NCBI GenBank assembly: GCA_013239625.1
Contig: MU053365.1
Coordinates: 1,274,115-1,338,114 of the forward strand
Reading direction: 5' to 3'
Source: Lama guanicoe
Lineage: Eukaryota
DNA: 64,000 bases
Shown: positions 52,140 to 61,999 of the stretch, one piece after another
Layout of the letters: each line of letters starts with the position of its first letter
Numbering within the stretch: position 1 is the stretch's first letter
Notes under the pieces: model-generated
Told to the model about the DNA's origin: nothing
Database searches by the model: none
Seen by the model: only the letters and a program-made list of their open reading frames with translations
Made by a program: the position numbers and the translations under genes

Positions 52140-53385
52140 AATGACAAGATAGATCTGGCCATGTAAAGATCAGGAGGAAGAGCAGTCCAGACAGAGGGTA
52201 AAGTTAGAGCAAAGGTTATGCCATGGGAAGGAGCTTGGCACTTGTGAAACAAAGGGAAGGCCAGTGTGGCTGAAGGTGATCAGGCCAGGAAGAAAGTGAT
52301 ATAAGAGAGTTGTGGAGGGAGGTAGGGCTTCGATCACAGAGGGTCCTGCTGGCTTAAGTAAGGATATTGGATTGTATTCTAAGTGTAGTAGAAAGATTTT
52401 TGAAAGGTTCAAGCAGGGAGATAACATACTTTAAATTAACTTTGAGCTAAGTACCCCCTGACTGGTGTGTGACAAATGGAGATGAGCAAGGGAGCTGGTG
52501 GAGGAGAACAGGAGGTTGTGATACAGAAAAATGTAGGGCAAGAGGATGGCCTTGTCTCTGTTGAGTCCCTGGGATGTGCCCCGCCAAGTGAGGGTCCTTG
52601 GCTTCACACATTTAAGAATTCAAGAATAAGCCATAGCTGAGTAGAAGTGGATTTATTTAAGAGACGTATATGGAGGTGGGGGGCAAGTTGGTTAAAGTAA
52701 AGGTAGATACACGCTCCATAGAGTGCAGGCTGTCTTGGAAGGCAAGAGAGAGAGAGCGCGACCCCAAGGTGCGGTGTTGCTAGCTTTTATATGTTAACAA
52801 GTGAGAGGATTGTTCCAGCTACTTTGGGGAAGGGGCAGGGATTCCCAGGAATTGCGCTACCACTCTCTCTTTGACCTTTCATGGTTAGCTTCAGAACCAT
52901 CATGTTACCTGTGGGTGTGTTATTCATCATGCTACTACATTATAATGTAGCTCAAGGGCCTCTCGAGGTCCAATCTTCTGCCATCTTGGGCCTTAGGGTC
53001 TATTGGGAATTGACTTTTCCACCACCTTGGTGCTGATGGCTGTGTCATTCCTTTAATGGCTGTGTCCTGCCTCCTTCCCTCGTCTCAGTTGGAGGGAAAT
53101 CAGGGAAATCAGCCGAGAAAGTCACAAAAACAGTGTCAAGAAGAAGCATGTGGCCAACTGTGATGAGAGTTGATGAGAGGGTCAAGTAAATGAGAATCAG
53201 AAACTGGCATTGGGCTTGGCAGTATGGAAGAACTCACTGCCCTGGAAATGGTCTCAGTGAAAAGGTGGGGGACAGAAACCTGATTGGGGGGAGGGTGGTT
53301 GAGGGAATAAAGATTCTTCTGTTAAGGGGAGCAGAGAAATGAGGCTACGATTGAAGAGAGATGTGGGATGAGAGACAGTGGGAGC
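52140..53385 (-). mobile_element. L2 LINE fragments split by an ERV LTR
   Basis: ggaaggccagtgtggctgaag, ttttgaaaggttcaagcaggg on the left; gagagggtcaagtaaatgagaa, ctgttaaggggagcagagaaatg on the right. Confidence 0.7.
52519..53087 (-). mobile_element. MER41-like ERV1 solo LTR, 569 bp
   Basis: TG...CA termini, perfect 4-bp TSD gttg (52515-52518 and 53088-53091), AATAAA on the minus strand; CCAAGATGGC, ATTATAATG..TAGCATG and CACTTGTTAACATATAA blocks collinear with the remembered MER41 consensus. Confidence 0.85.
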
Positions 53386-54084
53386 CATAATCTGAAGGTT
53401 GGACTAGGGTTAGGATTACGGGTGGGACAAATGTCAGGGACCTAGTCAGAATGAGGATAGGGTGGGGGAAGTCACAAAGCTTGAACCCAATATCACAAAA
53501 TGTGGCCAGCCATAGCTGATGAATTCCAGCCCCAACTGGTGCTGCCAGGATTGCCAATAATAATTCCTGTCAGCTCAGAAGTCTGCTTTAGGCTTTCTCT
53601 TGCAAATGTCCTGGGAATAACGATAATTAAAAGCATTTGGGAAAATGTCAGTGCCTGAATACTAATGCTGCTAAGCTCATCATCCCCACGAGATTACCTC
53701 TTCCCTTGGCCAGTTTTTATCTGAGGTAATTTATCTGTTAGTTAAGAATTCCCAAGCTTATCTTAAACCTGGATGGTTTTCTGCTTTGCTTATGGTTTGA
53801 AGGCTCATCCTTGTGAAACTGGAATAATCTGGCATTTCTCAAAGTGAAAGGCAGCTCACTAGAAGCCTCCATCATTCTTTCTGTAGGAAAAAGGAAGGTC
53901 TGAAGACATTCTGATCTGCTTGGGTACAGTTTACCAAGGGCAATTCCATTTCTTCCCCAGCTTTTTTGTCTAGCAGTTTGCCAAGTATGCCCTATGTAGG
54001 ACTGGAGAGCATGCCAGGGAATCAGACAGCATGGTAACTCCTTTCAAGGATTTTTTTAGTTTAGTTGGAGAGAAGACTAATCAT

Positions 54085-54268
54085 TATTACTATATGCCAA
54101 ACATTCTGCTGTGTACTTCACCCTTGTGACCTCACTGGGTCCTTATCTATGAGGTAGATTATCCTGGCATTCCACTTCACAGACAAGGAGACTGAGGCTC
54201 AGAGAAGCTAAAATAATTTGCCCAAAGACACACAGTTAGGAAGTGGCAGGCCTGGGATTTGAAATGGC
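54085..54268 (-). mobile_element. MIR SINE
   Basis: acagacaaggagactgaggctcagagaagctaaaataatttgcccaaagacacacag...ctgggatttgaa. Confidence 0.85.
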
Positions 54269-54672
54269 AGAGCAGCATGTCCAAAAAAGCTTTCTGCAGT
54301 GATGGAAATGTTCTGTATCTGAACTGTACCACATAGTAGACATAGGCATATGTGATTATTGAATAGTAGAAATGTTGCTGGTGCAACTGAGGAACTGTGT
54401 TTAATTTTTTTTCTTTTTTTTAATCAAAGTATAGTCAATTTACAGCGTTGTGTTAATTTCTGGTGTATAGCATATATATATTTATTTATTCTTTTTCAGA
54501 TTCTTTTCCATTATAGGCTACTACATGGTATTGAATATAGTTCCCTGTGCTATATAGTAGGACCTTGTTGTTTATCTCTTTTTATATATAGTAGTTAGTA
54601 TATACAAATCCTGAATTTATTTAAATGTAAGTAACCCCATGTGGCTAGTGGCTACCATAATGAACAGCACAG
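54269..54672. mobile_element. MER3 hAT-Charlie MITE interrupted by an L1 3' end
   Basis: ctttctgcagtgatggaaatgttctgtatctg...actgaggaactg / atgtggctagtggctaccata. Confidence 0.8.
54405..54612 (-). mobile_element. Short LINE-1 3' UTR end
   Basis: aagtatagtcaatttaca..gttgtgttaatttctggtgtatagcat...tattgaatatagttccctgtgctatatagtaggaccttgttg mirrors 36440-36590. Confidence 0.85.
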
Positions 54673-56020
54673 CTCTGAGAGTCTGTGTGCTTTCTACTCT
54701 GGCATTCTGGGTCACTGTAAGAATGGTGTGATGAAGATGGCCATTCCTTTGTCCTCCCTGGCTTTGGGTGCACTAGCTTTCTCCGATCCATCCCTCAAGA
54801 GTGTTGAATGTAAGCTCCAGCCCCCAGCACACATAGCAGCTAAGGAAAACAATGAACACCACCACCTTAAGTACAGAAAAGGGCAAGTGAGATGTGATTT
54901 AGGTAGTGACTGGGGTGATAAGCTAGCTTTGCATCCCACAGCAATCGTGAAGTTGAGAACCATTAAAGTGGTGGACTGCCTAGGTGGGCTGTAACCCAGT
55001 TTGTGGTACTGGGATAAATATACTTCTTGCTGGTTATTGCTCAGGACTCAGTATAGATCCCCCTCCCCCAGTACTAGCTCCTCCTGGGCCTCAACCTATG
55101 GTGCAGGGCCAAGTGCACCCAAGTGTTCATCTTTTATTGACCTGAGCAATGCCCTGCATCCCTTCCTCAGAATCCTATTATATCTTCTTAAAAGAACTCT
55201 ATGTTTTCAACCTGTTGAAAGGGTGGGGGAAGAAGGGCAGGGCACATTCTCTATCTCTGCCTGTCCCTCCTTTGTTTGTTTAAACATAATTGCCCTTTGA
55301 GATATGACCAAGGTGACTTCTAAAGTAGACACTAAAGCAGAGATTAAAAATCTTTTTTATGTTCATCTCCTTTCTTAGTTTGTCTCTGGTGAATGGAATG
55401 GGAAGCGTTTTCCCAAGGTCCTTTCCAGCTCTGTTTTCTGTCCAGATCCTTAGGGTGAAAATTCCCACACACAAAACTGTGCTCTGGTGTGTGGGTGGTA
55501 TTTTTCCCAGGCTTCCCAAGTGCTGAGTAGCTGAGCCTGGATGCTAGATGATTTTCTTGCTTCCCTTGACCACTTAGGGCCTAAATTTTAATTTATATGG
55601 TTGTTAACCTACCTCTAGATCTGTCCTGTAATTTAAAGACAATCTTCCTGCCCTAATCTTACTCTGATTCACTGGTTTCACTCCTTTTTCCCACATACCT
55701 GGTCTAGAAGCACACCGAGTTCTGCTTGAGAAATTGCACTCAGATTCTTCCCTGATTGACCCTGATTCATCATATATGGGGGGGATTTCCCCTACGAGTT
55801 CTCCTTGGGGCAAGAAGTAATTTTTAGGGGTAGCATTCACCTTTCTTGCTCACTCTTCACTATTGAGCTCAGGAAGTCTCCTGAGTCTTCCTACCATGAG
55901 ATAGATGTCTTCCTTCAGAAGTTGGCCAGCATGATTCCTATAATTAGTCTCTAAGGTTCTGTGCTTACCAAGTGTGGTTCCCAGAAGCCTCTCTATCCTC
56001 ACTTACTCCAAAGAAGAAAT

Positions 56021-56639
56021 TGTTACCCAAAAACTGGATTCGCCTCTTGGTGTGTGTTGAGCCACAAGACACAACCAAGCCAAAGATCGAGAGAAAGAAG
56101 AATTTATTATTGCTTGCAGCAAGTAGGAGAACACCAGGGATCTTTCCCAAAGCAGTATCTCCCCAAACAGCAGAATTGGGGAAATTGTAAGCTATGGATA
56201 TATGCATATTCATGAAGGGGCATGGGACATAGGAAGAGTCCAAGCTTTAGTTGATTGAAGTCATGAGGGTCAGAAAAGGTCTATATCATCATTCCTTAGA
56301 TTCCAGTTGATCTGGTGGTTGAGTGCCTGAGGGAGGATTTAAATTCTGCAAAACAGCTCAGGACAGTGCTTTAGGCTAGTCTTTACCATTGAAATAGAAC
56401 TAGGAGTATTTACAACTGATTTGTTATCTTTGCTATTGTTGCTTCCTTTGCCTCATAAATTTGTCCTTTTGTTTTCTTAAGATCATTATTAGACCTGTTC
56501 AAGGACAAGCATTGTGGCCAGGCTTAGATCATAAAATGGCTTAGGTCAAAAATGGCTTCTCTTATGTCAAGAAAGCCATACCTGGTTCTGTTTCTCTGGG
56601 GGCCCTCCTCCCCAGTGCACACACACTATCTGCTTACCA
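56021..56639 (-). mobile_element. ERV1-class solo LTR, family not identified
   Basis: tgttacc...tgcttacca termini, ~620 bp, minus-strand AATAAA at ~56103-56108, U3-like GCCATTTT repeats. Confidence 0.7.
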
Positions 56640-56954
56640 AGTCGATTAGCAGCTACAGATACAATAAGATACATCAAGCTCCTATACATCAAAAGATAAG
56701 AGGTAGATACTGTGATATCATTCCTGATGATATCATAGTCATGTACCCAGAATGGCGTATTGGTTTCTTTTTGCTCAGTCTGAAATTGTGCCCATGAAAT
56801 TTATTTTGTAGGTTTTTAAAGAAAGCTTTGTGCTTGGGGAACTTCGTGGGTATGGTAAATAGTTATCTTGAATTTCTGTACCCCAGCTAGCTGAAGTCTT
56901 TCTCACAGTGAATGGCTTTCAATGTCTTTCCCTTTATCTTAGTGGCTGAGCAAC

Positions 56955-57462
56955 TGTTGGTCTGCACCCCACAGACCTGAAAGCCATGTACTTGCCTAGC
57001 CTGGAGACAGAAGAAAGAGACCGGAGTCAGTGACAGAGATGTCAGTGGTTTAACAGATAGGGGGATCTTACATATCTGAAGCAAGGTCCTGGAGTGAAAC
57101 CCCACCATGTGTGGTATGCAGCAGGCAGGATGTGGTGGCAGTCTTTGCTACCAAGGGAAGAGGGAGATTACCAGTTATAGGGGTAATTGACTTCAGATTG
57201 GCTCATTGGTTGCCAGGGAAACCAGCAGAGGGGTACGCCCCTCACTACCCCTTTGATAAGCTGTCATCCAAGTGGTGGTGTTCTGATGTAAAGCTTAGAA
57301 CACTCACTAGCTGGGGCCAGAGGCAAGTACATAGGCATTTACTGATTAGACTCTATGATTAAGAGGGAAGGTCATTCATGTGAGTAGGGTAGAGATGAGG
57401 CAGGGACTGGTCGAGCAGGGAATGTACAAGAGAACAGCCATCTTGGGTGGCCTGACTACCCA
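56955..57462 (-). mobile_element. Solo ERV LTR, 508 bp, family not identified
   Basis: TG...CA termini with perfect 5-bp TSD gcaac (56950-56954 and 57463-57467); minus strand has tandem CCAAT boxes (CCAATGAGCCAATC) then CCTATAA. Confidence 0.85.
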
Positions 57463-57629
57463 GCAACCCATCTAGAATTTCAAATTAGATATCTCTGTGT
57501 ATAACTGAGGACTTAGTATGCTAGAACATAAGCCACTCTGAAGAAGTTGGAGAGAGGCTGAGGTGGCTGAGAATCCTGCTGTTCTGGGGACTTGTTTCTT
57601 TATTGGTTTACTGGTCTTGATCTGATAAC

Positions 57630-57998
57630 TTTGAGTTAGGTCTAGTCAGAAAAACCAGTCCACTCTAAGTGTTTCAAATAGTGGATATTTAATACAGGGA
57701 ACTGATTACACAGATGTTGGAGTTCCCAAAGAAGCAGAAGCAGAATGCCAGAGCCAAAGCTGTTGTCTCATTGCTGACACCATGCCAGTGATAACCGCAA
57801 ACAGTAAGGAAGTCTGTTCTCCCCTCCTGCCTTCTAGTCTCCTGCTAGTCCCACCCATCAGCAAAACCGTCAGGGAGCCAGCTGTCATGGGAGTCTGGAA
57901 AATGTTGTGTGCAGAGCCCCAGCCCCAGAATCACAGAACAGAGTATAGATAGGAAGATTGTCTTGGAGATGAGAGAAAATTGGGAAGTAATCAGTACA
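57630..57998 (-). mobile_element. Old MaLR LTR (MLT1L-N-like)
   Basis: gtcagaaaaaccag.ccactctaagtgtttcaaatag...atttaatacagggaactgattaca...cctgccttctagtctcctgctagt...gagtctggaaaatg. Confidence 0.6.
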
Positions 57999-58432
57999 GT
58001 CATGAAATGGCTTGGCAAGTCTGGGTTAATTTTTCATAATTTTTAGAATCCATTGAATCCAGGAAGGCTTTAGTTCTTTATACCTGGTGGAATAAGACCA
58101 GTATCATTTTAAGGTCTCTTCTTGCCATGTGCTGGGACTCTGTATGTCCAACACATTTTTATGAGGTCTTTGGACCTGACATTTATTAAAGGACAGCTTC
58201 AGATATGCCTTCCCCAGATGGTCTAGTGTCTTAAAGGTGTATTCCTTCAAGGTCATGTCATTTAAATAAACTAATACTTCAAGGTACTTTTTGTCCCCAT
58301 TCACTCTTTTAAACACTTAAAAGCAGAAGCCACTGAGGTAACTTGAGGCATCATTTCAACTGAAAAATCTCTCAGAACACATGAAGGCAGTTTTTCTTTT
58401 GTCCTATGTTACCATAAACTTTTGAGAGTAAG

Positions 58433-59022
58433 TGAGACAGGAGGGAAGGGGGCAGGGCACAGCCATTAAAGGAATGACACAGCCATCAGCACCAAGATGG
58501 TGGAAGATTCAATTCCAAATAGACCTTGAGCTTCAATATTCACTCAATGAAATACAATAGCTGCTAAACTGTCCTCCCACAGGTGCCAGGACAGTTTCAA
58601 GGCTGACCATAAAAGGTCAAAGGGTGGGTGGTGGCCCAATTCCTGGGAATCCCAGCCCCTTCCCCAAAGTAGTTGGAATAATCCTCCCACTTATTAGCAT
58701 ATGAAGTTACCCAGCCCATAAAAATCTAGCAACCCCACACCTTGTGATCTTTCTCTTGCCTTTTGAGAAGGCCCACATTCTGTCTATGGAATGTGTGTTT
58801 TCTAGGCCTCAGTCACTCTCTCTGGCCTTCTGAGATGGCCTGCCCTCTGTCTGTGGAGTATGTATGCCTCTGAATAAATCTACCTTTACTCAACTATGGC
58901 TCACCGTTGAATTGTTTCCTGTGCAAAGCCAAGGATCCTCACTTAATGGGGCATGTCCCAGGGACTCTCCTGGGACCTGAGACATGGCCACCCTCTCGTG
59001 CCCCACATTTTTTCCTGTATCA
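58433..59022 (+). mobile_element. MER41-like ERV1 solo LTR, 590 bp
   Basis: TG...CA termini, 4-bp TSD with one mismatch (taag/gaag), AATAAA at ~58873; both ends match the reverse complement of 52519-53087. Confidence 0.85.
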
Positions 59023-59666
59023 GAAGCGGTGTAAGACATTAAACTCAGACTACTGTGTAGATTTTGGCATGCCTCTTCAGAGTGTGGTATTCTATACACA
59101 TCTGGACCTTGTATGATATGGGTTATATATGGGCTACAGGATTCTTGAGTGTGTTCTCAAAGAATGGAAAGGGGGATTGAAAAGGAAAATCTAAGCTAGG
59201 AATAGCATTTTCTCCTTCCATGAGTTGGGCCTGAGTTGGGCTTACAGTGAAAAGCTTAAAATAGATCTGTAAGACCCTCGACCCTTTAGGGAAACAACTA
59301 GAAAATTAGACAGTAGAACATAATCACCTCCAAGAGAGCCTAGACCTATGGAAAATAATAGAAGTATTTAATATTTCTATAGTGATTTATCCTTCCAAAT
59401 GTGAGAGTTTCCTGGCACCTTTTCCACTAGGAAAGGTAGAGATAAAAAGCAGAGCATTCTACTGCACTAGGTACCGTTTATGAAGAGATAACTGTGCACT
59501 AGGCACTGTGTGAAGTTCTAAATCTACACCATATATAATCAACAACTGTGCAAGAGAAATGTATTGCCCTGTTGTAAAGATGGGGAAAATACCTTTAAGG
59601 ACCTTTCTCAGACACAGAGGAGCACTCAGGGAATAACCTAGCAGTTCAGAGTTCTAGAGCTCTAGA

Positions 59667-59822
59667 CCATGGGTGGTCCCTCTACTGGTAGCATTGGCAT
59701 CACCTGAGAGCCTGCCAAAAAGGCACAATCTCTGGTCCCACCTCAAACTCACTGGATTAGAATCTCCATTTCAGCAAGATCCCCAGGTGATTCCCAGGCA
59801 CATGAAAGGCTGAGAAGCATGG
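59667..59822. mobile_element. MER5A hAT-Charlie MITE
   Basis: gcattggcatcacctgagagc...attagaatctccatttcagcaagatccccaggtgattc...catgaaaggctgagaagca. Confidence 0.75.
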
Positions 59823-59831
59823 CACCAGAGC

Positions 59832-60053
59832 CAGGGTCCACAGCCTTTTTCTGTAAGAGGCCAGATAGTAAATATTTGAGGCTTTACAGGCTATAGAGTT
59901 TCTGCTGCAACTATTCAGCCGTGCCATTGTAGCACGAAGGCAGTTCCAGACAACACATAAATGAATGGGTGTGGCTATGTGTCAATAAAACTTTATTATA
60001 AAAACAGGCAGCATTGGGCCATATATTACCTGTGGGCTGTAGATTGCCACGCT
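59832..60053. mobile_element. MER58A hAT-Charlie MITE
   Basis: tttttctgtaagaggccagatagtaaatatttgaggcttt...gtggctatgtgtcaataaaactttatt..aaaaacaggcagc. Confidence 0.85.
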
Positions 60054-60742
60054 CTGTCCAAGATAGTCTGTACTTTATTTTTTCCTACCATACTAGATTG
60101 TAAGCTCCTAGAGGGCCATGACAATTTTTTTCCTCTAGCATGGCCTTTGATGCATAGTAGTGCTCTATATACTCTTGCTGGAAGGTTGCGCTGTATGGAT
60201 AAGATGCCTTATTCATGAAAAAAATAAAATGAGAGGACAAAAATATGTGTGTTAGAGGCAAGGCTATTGCTCTAACACAGGAAGCCTCACAGCATTTGAT
60301 CTCAGTCCAGTGCCATCTGTCAATCTTGCAAGCACAGGAATGTGCTTAGTTAGCCCACTGAGAGCAGATTCAGTTCTCACAGTTGGATTCATAGTGGTCA
60401 ATTTCATAAGACTGATATGTAAAGGCTGAATGAGCAGTTATTGTTGAACACTTAGAAATAATTTTCACAAGGATGCAACTGGCATGACCAACATACTCTT
60501 TTCCTTTAGGTCAGTGCTTCTTAATCTGGGGTCTTCGGATTCAGATGACCCTGGGGCACCTGAAAATTGTATGCAAAGTATGTATCCATAGCATTTTTCT
60601 TGGAGAAAGGTCTATAGTTGTAGTAGACCCCTATACAAGTCCATGAATAACACAGAGAAGGCTCAGAATCACTGTAGTTACACTAAATCCAGATTATAAC
60701 TTAAATTCCAATTTCCTACTTTAAAATGAGAACTAGTAATGT

Positions 60743-61673
60743 TGTGGCAAGATAATATTTTTGAAAAATTAATCCCTGCTTATTTTCAACAACCCCTCTC
60801 CTCTTCATTTCGTCTGCTGCAGCCGCACCATTCTTTGCCTTTGGGGAAAGATGACACATGAGATTGGAGAAGTCCTTCTTGGCTCTTGAGTTTTAAAAGC
60901 CTAGCTCTGGGAAGGGGGCTGGGGGGTAAACAGGAACCTGAGCAGTAACAATGAACACTAGATTTGGCTGTGATGAGAGCACAATTTCTCTGCTTCAGCT
61001 AAGCCTTTAGATGGAGGGAAAGGAAGTCAATGGGAAATCAAAGAAAGCTTGGATTTGGGTGGGGTCTCTGAGTAAGTGGCTTATGCCTGCCTCTTTAGGT
61101 TGAGTCCCAGAGGTGGAGGAGCGTAATTATAATTTTAAAGAGTTTGAGGGAATTTGAGACTAGAGGAGACCTGTGCTTCCTACTCCCTTTTCCCAGATGG
61201 GGTCCAGTGAAACGATGGGACCTCAAGGTAGAAATACCTGAATGGTGAGGTTAGTGGGCGGGCTTGAGGAAGCCTCCGAATATCCTGAGTGGTGCAGGAG
61301 CAGCAGAGGACTTCTTGAGTACCTGAGAGCTACACAAACATAGCATAGAGAAATGGTAAACTTGAAGAAGCCTTGTGGTCAGGACTTGGCAGAAGGATAT
61401 GGCAGTGATCTGTGTGGACAGGACCAAAGACCAGATGGAAGTAAAGACAGCTCAGTGGATGTCAGTGAGGCAACACGAGACCAAGGACAGACTCTGAACC
61501 GATCATGCTAATGTCTTCTCACCAGTTTAGCAACTCAGATGAAAGGGAGGGGACCAAGATTAAATTTCCCCCACCTGGGACTCCAAATAGCAATTAATTA
61601 CCAATATGGAAAACATAAAGGCAGTTATTTTTACCAAACTGCTGTGTCTGTAGATAGGACTTCATACCTGACA
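60743..61673 (+). mobile_element. Ancient Gypsy-type LTR (MamGypLTR1-like), near full length
   Basis: Start tgtggcaagataatattttt and end ttcatacctgaca resemble the remembered MamGypLTR termini; ~930 bp. Confidence 0.55.
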
Positions 61674-61729
61674 CCTTGACAGGACCTAGAGTACCTGAAG
61701 TCTGAGAATACGAACCAGTTTTCTCTTCT

Positions 61730-61905
61730 CATAAGTGATTCACATCTTGGTTGCATTTTAGATTCACCTGAGGTGCTTTTAAAATCCTTATGCCCAGGCT
61801 ATTTTGCAGGTCAATTAAATTAGAATGTCTGAGGTAGGACTCAGGCATCCATATTTTTTTTTAAGTTCCCTAGGTGAGTCCAGTGTGCAACCAAGGTTGA
61901 GTATG
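61730..61905. mobile_element. MER5-family MITE
   Basis: cttggttgcattttagattcacctgaggtgcttttaaaa...atgcccaggct...aagttccctaggtga...tgtgcaaccaaggttgag. Confidence 0.75.
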
Positions 61906-61946
61906 GTGGCTGTAGGCTGGTCTCCGTGGGAAGCAAAACCATAATC

Positions 61947-61999
61947 AGAATATTACATGGTGAGAATGGAACAAAAACCTAGTGAATGAGTTATATAAA
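61947..61999 (+). repeat. Left copy of a 53-bp imperfect direct repeat flanking the L1
   Basis: 47 of 53 bases identical, ungapped, to 63917-63969. Confidence 0.9.

Noticed and set aside
55962..56642. 12-bp direct repeat tgcttaccaagt on both sides of the 56.0-56.6 kb LTR
   Set aside because: The left copy is ~48 bp from the LTR edge and the right copy overlaps the LTR terminus, so it is not a TSD; probably coincidence.
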